A stretch of 64,000 bases of DNA from Emiliania huxleyi CCMP1516. Its lineage: Eukaryota. The position numbers and the translations under genes were made by a program. Shown piece by piece: positions 23,208 to 34,386 of this stretch (within the stretch, counting starts at the first letter, position 1; every line of letters begins with the position of its first letter). Below the pieces are notes generated by a model that had not been told where the DNA came from, made no database searches, and saw only the letters and a program-made list of their open reading frames with translations. The stretch covers positions 62,001-126,000 of the forward strand of contig NW_005201912.1 of assembly GCF_000372725.1 (NCBI RefSeq), read 5' to 3'.

Positions 23208-23301
<94 letters not shown>
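23208..23301. repeat. (CA)n microsatellite
   Basis: Perfect dinucleotide run. Confidence 0.99.
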
Positions 23302-23303
<2 letters not shown>

Positions 23304-23328
23304 CTACGAATCTTGTGTCAAGACGCCG

Positions 23329-23329
<1 letters not shown>

Positions 23330-23381
<52 letters not shown>
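23330..23381. repeat. (CT)n microsatellite
   Basis: Perfect dinucleotide run. Confidence 0.99.
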
Positions 23382-23383
<2 letters not shown>

Positions 23384-23438
23384 GTAGACGAGCGCATGGC
23401 AGTCATTACAAAACGAAAATAACCCTTCGGCCGGTCCC

Positions 23439-24290
23439 TCACCGGGCGCCGGCAGCCTTGCTTCTTGAACACGCATGGATCCAAGTGGGTTTGGGGTGAT
23501 GTCCCATGACATGAAAGTCGTACGAGTCTTCGATCAATGCGGGCGAAAAGTAGGTTGCTGCTTCGGAGACCATCGACGCGCATTTGAGGAGAAAGTGGCA
23601 TCGCGAGAGCAGTAGCGTGTCCAGGAGCACGTCCATCCCGGCCGTTGCCGCCGCACTCTGATTGCCCCCATCAAGGACCGGATTACGAGAGCTCTCACTC
23701 CGTGGCAAGTCGCGTGCGACGATCTTGGTGGAGGGAAGTGCCGCGCGCAGGTCACGTAGCAAACGGAGCGCTGCGCGTGGCTCATGGCACAGGTAGGCGC
23801 GGATAAGCGGCATATAACTCTGTACACCGACGGGGCGTGTCGACATGACCACCTTATCTGTGCCACGCAAGTGCACGCCCAAGACGGTCGTGTCTGTAGC
23901 AAAGTGCTCGTTCCAGAAGGCACGAGCAGCCTCGGAGTAAACTCCTCGGCCTCGTTCTGAGACGCCGCCGCCGCCTGCCTGCCGATCCCTCGGCGTGGGA
24001 CGATGGGCAGCTGGCGGACGAGCTCAGCCCGCTGCCGCCGATGAATCAACGTGGCATTGTACCAGTTGCCGTTGACCGCTTCCTTGCTGGCGACGTGAGG
24101 GTAGTTTCCGTTGCTCTCCCATGCGCGTGCAGCTGCCCAACAGTCCAGCTGCAAGAGGGCCGCGCCTGTGGGTGCGCGCTATGGCTCAAAGAAATGGGGG
24201 TGCCTCCGTCGTACCCAGGCTCGAGTGCCTTAACATAGGACGCCCAGCCTTGCCCTCGTGCCGCCGAGTGCATATCCTATGCGAGAGAGA
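23439..24290 (-). pseudogene. NodZ/GT23-like fucosyltransferase-type pseudogene
   Basis: LGVHLRGTDK and LLDTLLLSRCHFLLKCASMVSEAA motifs. Upstream coding-like pieces sit in other frames, and the usual ATD motif segment is missing. Confidence 0.6.
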
Positions 24291-24599
24291 TCCCCTGTGC
24301 CCTGTGCCCAGCCCTCTCCGCGCGGCGATGCGCCCTCCCCCCCTCGCTTTTGCAAAATCCTGCAAAGGTGGGGACGTGTCTGTCCTCGACCCAGCCCTAG
24401 CTTGGGATGTCCGTTGTATTTATTTATTTATTCGAGTGCCTTGACGTATGGGTCCGACTATGGGTCATGGGGCATGGGCCCTACTGCGAGGAGGGGGAGG
24501 GGGGGAGGGGGGGGGTGGGAGAGGGGGAGGGAGAGGAGCAGGGGGGGGGGGGATAAGGATACCGGGGGGGCTGCTTTCAAGGGGAAAGGAACAACAAAG

Positions 24600-25086
24600 G
24601 CCAAAAAAGGCAAGGGACCCGGCGCTGGCATACCAAGGGGGGCAGGGTGCTGGGCAGTTACCCCCCCTTACCCTCCTACGGCGGGGACTATACCTTCTCC
24701 CAGGAAAAAAAGGGCGTTGAAGTGCAGCTGCTGCTGTTCGAATCGTTCGGCGGGTTCGGAAAGGGGGTCCGTGAGATCCTCCGGAAGGCGGCGGACGTGC
24801 TACAGAACAAGCTGACGCGGGCCCAGTACCTCGATGAGGTGACTTGGACCACTAAGAATTGGCTGGGGCTGCAGAAGCAGCGTATCTCAGTCGTTCTTCA
24901 CACGGCAATCGCAGAGCAGGTTGTGGATGAGCTTGCAGCCTGTGGCGGGGGTGGGCGGGTGCACGGAGCTAAGTGCCTCGCCACTCTCGCAGGAGTCGCT
25001 TAGTTAGGCGGCTCCCGTGGTGTACCTGTGTTATTGCCAGTGCGAGCCAGTCCCGTGCCCAGTGTTGTGCGAGGGGTCTTCGTTCT
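24600..25086 (+). mobile_element. 5'-truncated RLE-type (CRE-like) non-LTR retrotransposon 3' end with 3' UTR
   Basis: VQLLLFESFGGFGKGVREILRKAA...WLGLQKQRISVVLHTAIA, stop at 25003. Partial copies at 38190-38310 and 48977-49045; 3' UTR copies at ~52915-53005 and 9171-9200. Confidence 0.7.
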
Positions 25087-25226
25087 AAAATTCTTTTCAC
25101 TTCTAAGGAAGCCGTCGCCTGCGCCTTGTCTGTCGTGTGAATCGTGCGTGTGCGAAAGGCTTCGGTTCTAAAATTCTTTTCACTCCAGAGGAGTGTTGTC
25201 GGCGGTGCTCCTGTGCCTTTCCGCCC

Positions 25227-28200
25227 ATGGCGCTGCTTCGAACGGTCGAGACCGACCTGCGGAGCCTCTCGATGGAGGCGCGCCGCCGCTTCCCCGAGGT
25301 CAAGGAGGCTGCGGAGCGCGCGCTCCAGCGGCTGCGCACGGCGCAGGAGTCGCTGCGGCAGGATGCTCCGCTTGCTGAGCAGGCGGCGGCGGTCGCGACG
25401 TCGGAGGAGGTGCTCCTGCCCTTCACGCTCGCGCTGGCGTGCAAGTCGGAGGCTCTCCCTCTCTGTGCCCTCTCCGCCGTGCAGCGGATGATCTCGCACA
25501 GCGCCGTCGCGCCGGTCCATCTGCCCGCGATCGCGTCGCAGCTGATCGCGCGGGCGCAGATGCCGTCGGAGGACTCGATGCTGCTCAAGGTGCTTCAGAC
25601 GGTGCTGACGATCGCCTCCTCCCCGGCCCTCCTCCTTACCGACCTCCTCGTCTCCCAACTCCTCCTCCTCTGCCTCACGCTGCTCGGCTCTCGCTCAGTG
25701 ACCGTGAGGTGTGGAGAGCTCGCACAAACACTTCGCAGACACTTCGCAGAGAAAGAGACTGCGCGGACAGCCAGCGCGGACAGCGCGCGGGCAGCTCGCG
25801 GGCAGCTCGCGGGCAGCTCGCGAGACATTGCAATGTGTCCCGATGAGCCCGATCCGTGCCCCCGCCTTTCGCACCTCCCCGGCACCATCTCCTCCTCGCA
25901 TTCAATCTGAACGACGAATGACGTGAGGGGAAATGCGCACCTCCCAGGCACACGGCGTCCGCGACGGGGCAGCAGTTCGTCTCGCTCCTCCTCGACCTCG
26001 CATCTGCAGAGGCGGCCGCCGCCCAAAAGGATCCCCGCGCGCCGCCGCCCGCCGCCGCCGCGCCGTCCGCCGCCGCCTCGGCAGCGCGCGACCTATCGCG
26101 GCTGTCCGTCGCGGCACGGTGCGCGTACCTCGCGGTGGTGGACCTGTGCGACCTCGCGTCCGGCGAGCCGGCGCAGTGGCTCACCGGTCTCTCGTCGCCG
26201 GTGCCGACGGTGTTTGCGCTCGAGGTTGTGCAGCGAACGCTGGCCTCGCACGCGACGCTGTTCCTCGGCCAGCCCGACTTTCGTCACCTCCTGCACGAGC
26301 ACGTCTGCCCGCTCGCGCTCAAGTGCATGCAGCACACCGTGCAGCACCAGGCCGTGACCGACTGGGAGCACGCGCTGCGCGCCTGCCACCTCACCGCCAC
26401 CCTGCTGCTCAGCTACGCGCGCGCCGTCCGCACAGAGGCGGAGATTCTGCTCGTGACGCTTGGGAAGATGCTCGAGGCGGAAGGCACCCCCATCTGGCAG
26501 CGCGCGCTCGTGCTCGAGACCTTCCGCCTCCTCTCCTCGGACGCGCCGCTCCTCACCGCCATCTTCACCGCGTACGACCTCTCGCCCTCCTCCTCCAACG
26601 CGCTGGCCACCCTCGTCGGCGCCACAACCAAGCTGCTCACTTCGCCGCAAGTCGACTTTTTGGCGCACGCGGAGTTCATCGAGCCCCTCTTCCTGCGCCT
26701 CTCCCGCTCTGCCTCAAACTCGAAGGCCGCCACCTTCAACACCGCACTCTACTCGGAGGCGGACGGGTCTCACGTCACAAACGACTACGCCGCCGCTCTC
26801 GCCATCGAGTGCGTCCTCTCCTCCGCACCTCCCCACACCTCCCCACACCTACCCACACCTACCCACACCTCCCAAAACCTCCCCAAACCTCCCCACAGCT
26901 CCCCGCAACTCCCAACACTCCCCAAGATCTCCCACATCTCCCCACATCTCCCCACAGTCCCCCACACCTCCCACAACTTCCCCAAGGGGCGTCCTCTGCT
27001 CGGACCACTCCCTGCCTGCCCTCTCCGTGGCCGCGCTCCCCCCGTTCCGTCTGACGTTTCCGAGTGCGTCCAATGTCCCCCGGTGGCCCCCCCCACACTC
27101 TCTCTCGGGCGCGGCCCTTTGCCCATACCCACGGTGCCCGCCGGTCAAACACTTGGGGCCCCCCCCCTNNNNNNNNNNNNNNNNNNNNNNNNNNNNNNNN
27201 NNNNNNNNNNNNNNNNNNNNNNNNNNNNNNNNNNNNNNNNNNNNNNNNNNNNNNNNNNNNNNNNNNNNNNNNNNNNNNNNNNNNNNNNNNNNNNNNNNNN
27301 NNNNNNNNNNNNNNNNNNNNNNNNNNNNNNNNNNNNNNNNNNNNNNNNNNNNNNNNNNNNNNNNNNNNNNNNNNNNNNNNNNNNNNNNNNNNNNNNNNNN
27401 NNNNNNNNNNNNNNNNNNNNNNNNNNNNNNNNNNNNNNNNNNNNNGCACACCTCCACGCACCTGCTGCACCTCCACACACCTCCCCACACCTCCCCAGGA
27501 CTGCCCACACCTCCCCACACCTCCCCACACCTCCCCACACCTCCCCACACCTCCCCACACCTCCCCACACCGCCCCACACCGCCCCACACCTCCCCACAC
27601 CGCCCCACACCGCCCCACACCTCCCCGTACCTCCCCACACCTCCCCACACCTCCCCACACCTCCCCACACCTCCCCACACCTCCCCACACCTACCCACAC
27701 CTACCCACACCTCCCCACACCTCCCCACACCTCCCCACGCCTCCCCGCACCTCCCCACACCTCCCCACATCTCCCCACATCTCCCCACATCTCCCCACAT
27801 CTCCCCACACCTCCCCACACCTCCCCCAGGTGCGTCCTCTCGTTCGTCCACTCCGTCGTCGCCCTCTCGGAGCGCGCGGCCGCGCACGGCACGGCGAGCG
27901 GCGAGGAGGCGGCCAAAGGCGGCGGGGTGGAGCGCGCAAAGATCGTCATCGGGGGCGTGCACTTGTCGATGTCGGAGGCGGCGCGCGGCGAGATGCAGCT
28001 GGTGCGCTCCCTCGTCTCGACGTGTTGGGTCCCGCTCTGTACCTCCCTCGCGCTGGCGACGGCGCGCTTCTCTTCCGACGAGTCGCGTGACGTTCGTAGA
28101 CACTTCCGAGACACTTCCGAGACACCTCCGAGACGCTTCCTAGGCGCGCTTCTCTTCCGACGAGGCGGTGCAGGCGACCCTCAAGGCCTTCCAGGCCTTC

Positions 28201-31200
28201 ACGCACGCATGCGGCCGCCTCTCGATGCAGCAGCCGCGCGATGCGCTGCTGGCGGCGCTCTGCCGGTACGCGCTACCGCCGCGCGCGCGGCAGGAGCTGC
28301 AAGAGGCGTCGGCGCTCTCCTTCGCGCCGCCGGACGCGGCGTACGAGCCGCTGCCGCACACGTCCCTCTCCGCCAAGAACGTGCTCGCTCTCAAGGCCCT
28401 CTTCAACATCGCGCACTGCATGGGGTCGCTGCTCGGCTCGTCTTGGAACCTGGTCCTGCAGACCTTCGAGCAGCTCGACCGCATCATCCTCTCCTCCAAG
28501 CTCACCGCAGCCTCGCCGCAGTCCGCCGAGCGCGCGGCGGCGCTCGGCGGCGCCGACGCGGCGACGCAGGAGCTGGGCCTGCTGCACACGGCGCTGAGCA
28601 ACCTCCGTTCGCGTCTGTGGCCGTCTGACCCTGACCCTGACCCGAACCCTAACCAGCGCTAGGCGCTGAGCAACCTCTTCGCGTCTGTGACCGTCGAGCT
28701 CGACGACGAGGCGCTCGGCCACTTCCTGACCGCTCTCTCGACGCAGTGCTTCGCGTCGCTCGCCCACGAGGCAACCTCCAAGGAGAAGCTCGCCGCGCCC
28801 GGCTCGGGGGCGGGTGGGACGGCGCAGCGACTCTTCGCCCTCACGCGGTTCGTCGAGACGGTGCTGTGCAACCTGCACCGCGCGCCTGCCCTGTGGCCGC
28901 TCGTGACGCAGCTGCTGCTGCCCGTGGCGAACCACAAGGTGCCGCGCATCCGCGTCGTCGGGATCGAGTCCCTAGAAGCGGAATACGTGTTCGTGTCTCC
29001 CAGCTAGCGCCCGAGAGGGCCACGTATTCCGCTGTATTCACCCGTAGTCCGCTGTATCACTGCATTCCTATCCGTTGTATTCACGCGGTGCTCTGAAGAC
29101 GCTGCACAATACCGTATTCGCGCCCTGAGGTTGGCGTACTCAGCACGTAGGATCGAGTCACTCTCCAAGGTCGTTCTGAGCGTGCTGCAGTACGGGATGG
29201 CGCAGCGAGACGGCGACGCGGCCCCGCACGGGGGCGAGGCCGCCGCCGACGCGCCGGCGGCGGGAGGGCGCAGGGGGAGGCCCTTGTCTGCCGGCGCGGC
29301 GGGCGGGTGGGGGAGCCAGGGCGGCTGGGGCGGTGGGTGGGACAGGCACGTCCTTTCCCCGCTCGAGGAGCTGCAGCGCCGGTGCGCGCACCGCGAGACA
29401 CAGGAGCGCGTGCTGCAGTGTGTCCACCAGCTGCTCCGCTCGTGCGGCGCCGGGCTGGTCGAGGGCTGGCTGCTCATCCTCTCTATCTTGTGGCGCGCCG
29501 CCACCAAGCCCGCGCTGCTGCCGCTGCTGCCGCTCGCGATCCGCTCTGTCCAGCTCATCGCCTCCGACTTCCTGCCCTCCCTGCCGCCGCCGTGCCTGCT
29601 CGCGTACGTCGAGGTAGCGGCGGCGTACGGCAACCAGGCGGACCATCTCAACGCCTCGCTCACCGCCATCGGCCTGCAGTGGACCATCTCCGACTTTCTG
29701 CTCGAGTACGCCGCCGACGAGGACCCGCCCGGCGCCTCGTCCGCCGCGGAGCCGACCGACGAGGAGGAGGAGGACGAGGAGGACGCCTTCCCCGCGCCTA
29801 GCGGGCGCGCCTCCCCTCCGCCACCGGCCGCCGCCGCGTCGGCGGCGTCGGCGTCGGCGGCGGAGTCGGCAGCGGCAGCGGCAGCGGCAGCGGCAGCGGG
29901 AGCGGCGGCGGCGGCGGCTGCCGGCAGTGCGAGCGACGCGGCGGCTGCGGCCGACCGCGGCGGCGGCGGCTCACCCGCGGGTGGCGACGAGGCGGAGCTG
30001 GCTGGGTCTGCGCTCGCTCCTGCGCCGCGGTACGGCGAACTGCGCGTCGAGGAGCCGGTCGAGTCGCACGAGCTGTGGTGCGCGATCGCGCGCCAGCTGA
30101 GGCGGCTTGCCGCTGACGAGCGGACCGAGGTGCGGACCTGCTCGCTGCACACGCTCACCTCCATCCTCACGTCGCACGGCGCGCAGCTGTCCGGCTCGAC
30201 ATGGGACTACGCGCTCTTCCGCGCGCTGCTGCCGATGATGCGCGAGGTGTGCGAGGCCGCCGCTGCGGCGTGCGCGACGCAGCAGGTTGCAACGCCGCAG
30301 TCGGCAGGAGGAGCTCATAGTCGGTGAATGAAAGGTCCATTCGTTCATAGGTTGCCAAGCCGCTCGGCAAGGAGGGCGGCGTCCCCGTGCTGATGCTCCT
30401 CCACCACTCCCGCGACACCGCCTCCAAGCAGTGGGACGAGACGTGGGTGCTGCTACTGCACTCGTCGACGCGTCTCTTCCGCGCCTTCCTCCCCACGCTG
30501 ATGGCGCGGCCGCGCTTCTCCAAGGCGTGGGCGCGCCTGCTCGCCTTCTGCCGCACGTCGCTGCTCGCCGCCCGCCGCTCCGTCGAGGTTTCCAAGGCGG
30601 CGATCCACGCCCTGGTGCACGAGCTGCTCTGCTCCACCGTCGCCCTCAAGACCCCGCGCCGCGCCTCCTCCTCCCTCCTCGCCGCCGCCCGCTCCCCGCA
30701 GCGCGGCGGCGGCGAAGGCGGAGGTGGAGGCGGCGGAGGCTTTGGCGGCGGCGGCGGCCAGGGCGGCGCATCGAGCGGGGCGGCGGCGGGTGAGCCGGGC
30801 AGCCCTGCAGACCGAGCGCGGCCGAACGCGAGCGAGGCGGCGGCGACCCCGTGGGAGAGAGACGCTACGAGTGATTCTACCCAATGACGGCTTGGTTGAT
30901 GACTCAGGCGCCGGCGACACCTCACGAGAGGCTGCCGATCGCGCTCTGGACCTCCGTGTGGGGGCTCATCGAGTCCGCCTCCTCCGAGACGGCCTGCTGT
31001 GAGTAGCAATGAACAGTCTTGACCCCTGTCAACCATCTACAGGAGCGCCTCCTCCGAGATGGCGGCCGACGCAGAGGCGTACGACGCCAACGCCGAGGCG
31101 CCGCGCGCGACGACCGACCACTCTCCACGGGTGCTGTTTGGTGCTCCTCCCACCGCCCGGCTGCTCTTCACAGGTGCTGCACGCGATGCTCGACGCGCTG

Positions 31201-33600
31201 CACGAGCTGTACACGCAGGCGCGCGGCCGGTGAGCGAACGGATCGAGGGCTGAATGAGCCTCGACGCGCTGCCCGAACCTCACGCACGCGATCTGGCGCG
31301 CGACTGTCCTCGCTTTACCAGTGCCCGAGCTCGCGCCCGCAGGCGCGCGACCGGTTCGAGGAGGCGGATGTCCTTCGGCTGGTGACCCTCTCGGCGAGGC
31401 TCGCAGGTCATCTCCCGGCCATGCCCAGGACACGTCCACGACGCGTCCGAGACGCGTCCACAGGCGAGGCTCGCGGTCCCTCCCGGCGCGTCGAGTGGCT
31501 GGGACCCGTACCGCCCGCCCGCCAAGCCGTCGCCGCTGCAGCTCTCCGCGCTCAAGCTGGTGCAGGGGCTCCCCCCCTTCCCGCCCGCCGTCCGCGCCGA
31601 CAACCTGTGGCCCCTGCTGCTGCTGCACATCCTCAAGTTCGTCGCAATCGCGCCGGACGCCGCGGCGCCGCCGCCGGGGCAGCCGGCCGCCGCCGCGGCG
31701 GCGGCGGCCAAGCCGCGAGGAGTGCGGCACGTGGCGTGCTTCGCGGAGCACGCATACTCGCTGCTGCTGCAGCTGCTGACGAGCGGCGTGCCGCCGCTGG
31801 CCCAGCTGGAGGTTCTCGAGGACGCGTTGCAGGTCCTGCGGCTCGCACAAAGTGAGGACCCTCTCGGACCCTCTCGGACCATCTCGAGGACGTGCTGCAG
31901 GTCCTTCGCGCGATCCTCGAGCTCGCGCACTCGCCCGAGGTGCTGTGCTCCGCCCCCCCCCCCCCCCCTTCCCCCCTTCCCCTCCCCCGCATGAGGAGGA
32001 GGCGGCAGGAGAGCGCTGCTGTGCATCGGCACCCCACCTCTCGGCCGCACTCGCGCCCTCTCCACGGCAGGTGCTCTGCCCCGCGCTGCCAAAGGAGGTT
32101 GCAAGGACCTTCGTCGGCCTCACGCGCGCGGTGCTGCCAGCCCTCGCCCTCGCCTCCGCTGGTGAGACGCCGACCGCCGGCTCGGACGTGGCTACGCCCG
32201 CCGCGCACGACGAGATGATCCGAGCGATGTGGGCGCTGCTCTCGCCGCCGCCGCAGCGGGGTGGGGGGGCGGAGGCGGAGGCGGAGTACGCTGCGCGGGC
32301 GGGCGGGGGCAAGAGGACCCTCCTCCTGCCCACGGCGCCGGAGAAGGAAGGAGCGGGCGCCGCATAAGCTCTGCACACGTCTTCACACGCCGTCTGAGTG
32401 TGAATAGGCGCCCGGCGAGGAGGGGCTGGCGCGCGAGCTTGCGGTGCTGCAGGCGTGGCGAGATTAGCCGAGATCACCGGAGATGAGCGGCGGGGCAGCG
32501 TGGCGAGATCAGCCGAGATCAGCCGAGGTTGGCGGTGTTGCATGCGTGGCGGCGTGCCTGCCCTCCTTTCGGGAGGAGAGTCGTGTCCGTGTCCTGATCC
32601 CGCCTCCCGCCCGCTTGCCCGGGCAGGCTGCACGCGACGTGCTGCGCTCGCTGCCTCAGATGCGCGAAGGGGCGCGGGTCGAGCTGCTCGGCTTGTCGCA
32701 CTCCGTGCTCACCCTGCCCGCGAGCAGCGCGCTCAAGCGGGACGCTTGCTGGCGCGAGGCGCGCGCTCGCTGCCCCCCCCCCCCCCCCTCTCCCCTTGTG
32801 CCGGCGAGGGGGAAGCGGGACAAGAGACCACGCCTCCACCGGTTTCCCACCCACTTGCCCACCAATTCCAGGTTTTTAACCCACCACCCACCGGACGAGT
32901 GGCCACGCACCACTACCGCCCAGGCGCTCGACTCCCTCTGCGAGGCCTCCGCTGGGCTCGGGCCCCTCGAGGGCGAGCCGACCTCCGACAGAGGCGGCGA
33001 CCGAGGCGGGGGCGGTGGAGGCGGGGGCGGTGGAGGCGGGGGCGGCGGAGGCGGGGGCGGCGGAGGCGGCGGAGGCGGCGGGGCGGCTTCGGCGGGGCGA
33101 GCGTGCGGGCCGCACGGGTGGGAAGGCGGCGTGGAGGTGTCGAGGCTCGCGCTCCCGCTGCTGACCGACGCGGTGCAGGCGTCGCTGCGCGAGTGGTCGG
33201 CGGCCGCGCCTCCGCCGGCGCCGTCGAGCGAGGTGTCGGCCCGCGCGTCGCAGCTCTCTGCGATGCTCACGCGGCTGACCGACTTGCGGCTGCCGGTGGG
33301 GACGGCCCACCCGCCAGCCGCCGGCCAGGCCGCCGTGTCGCCGTCTGCGGCGCGGCGCCGCTCCGAGTGCGCTCACTTGGTGCCCCGCGCAGCGCCGGAG
33401 ATGCGGTGTGGGTCGGGTCGGGGGTCGCCTCACGGGTGCGTGGCTATGAGCAGGTTGCGCTCGCCCCGGACCTGATCAACGCCATCGGCAGGCCGACGAG
33501 CGAGGACGGCGGCGCACTCGCGGGGCGCGAGGTGCAGCGGCTGCAGGAGGCGATCCGCGAGGCGCTGCAGCTGGTCTTTGCATCCCTGCCAAAGCCGTGA
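25227..33600 (+). CDS. MON2: Protein MON2 homolog (DCB/HUS/HDS ARM-repeat Golgi-endosome trafficking scaffold), many introns, one N-gap inside an intron
   Basis: ETDLRSLSMEARRRFPEVKEAAERA; KNVLALKALFNIAHCMGSLLGSSWNLVLQTFEQLD; RSVQLIASDFLPSL; LNASLTAIGLQWTISDFL; HHSRDTASKQWDETWVL. Confidence 0.93.
26821..27827. repeat. Intronic (CTCCCCACAC)n 10-mer tandem repeat spanning an assembly gap
   Basis: Dozens of 10-nt units inside MON2 intron 26809-27829. Confidence 0.95.
28971..29151. mobile_element. 181-bp TIR element (MITE-like) with 8-bp TSD ATCGAGTC forming a MON2 intron
   Basis: ATCGAGTC at 28963-28970 and 29152-29159. Imperfect TIRs cctagaagcggaatacg / cgtactcagcacgtagg. Internal GTATTC repeats. 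Confidence 0.7.
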
Positions 33601-34044
33601 GGCGCCTCTCTAGCGGCGCGGGCGGCGGGAGGCACGACCGCTCCCACGTCCCACCGACGGCGCCGGTCGCGCGGCTCAGGGTGGGAGAAGGGATGGACGA
33701 GCGGGAGACTCGATGGTCGATCTTCGTCGAAGCTTATCACATTGGGGGGAGTTCGCGCGCCCGCGATCGCAAAAGAGGCCTGCTCTCGCGCGCCCGTTCG
33801 GCGCGGGTAGCGGCGGATATCGCACGCAGTGCAGGACACCGGATGTTGGTATATAAACTACGACGAGGCAGCAGGCACAGCGCGCACCCCGCCCCGCGAT
33901 CTCAGATCTCAGAAAAGCCACACAGGTGCACAGCCGCGCTGAAAACAGATCAGTCTCGGGGGTCTGCCGCGGTGCGCCAGTGTGGCCCGGGCGGGCAGCT
34001 TTTGCGAGCCGTCGTGTGGGGTACACGGGAGGAAAAATTAATTC

Positions 34045-34150
34045 GTTCTCGGGTCCGTTGGCCTCTTTTGTGTAGAGAAGAATTTTGTACACCCGTCACC
34101 CGTCAAGACGCCTGCTGGGGGCAGCTTCGTAACGAAGCCGTCTGCTCCCC
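34045..34150. repeat. Dispersed ~100-bp repeat with hairpin (copy 1; copy 2 at 40480-40580)
   Basis: Shared gttggcctcttttgt...gaagaatttt...cccgtcaagacgcctgctgggggcagcttcgtaacgaagccgtctgctcccc. Confidence 0.85.
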
Positions 34151-34386
34151 ACTTGTCAACACGACTCACGAGCAGGCGCTGGCGCCATCAACGTTCCTTT
34201 AATTCGTTCTCGAACACGTCAGCTCTACCCCTCTTCAAGCATACGGCTCTACCAGGTACAAACCGTACACCCCAAGACACACCAACCGTACAGAAGGCTG
34301 CGCACATCGCGCGTAGCCGTAGGTATCCACATTCCTAAAAGGGAGAAAACGAATTCCCGCACGCTCTCACTCATGAACTCGAGCTT

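Noticed and set aside
23030..23303. N-terminal (CV)n extension of the phosphatase ORF
   Set aside because: Translation of the (CA)n microsatellite; the real start is likely ATG 23029.
26821..27829. Pro/His/Thr-rich repeat protein ORFs
   Set aside because: Translations of an intronic 10-mer repeat across an N-gap.
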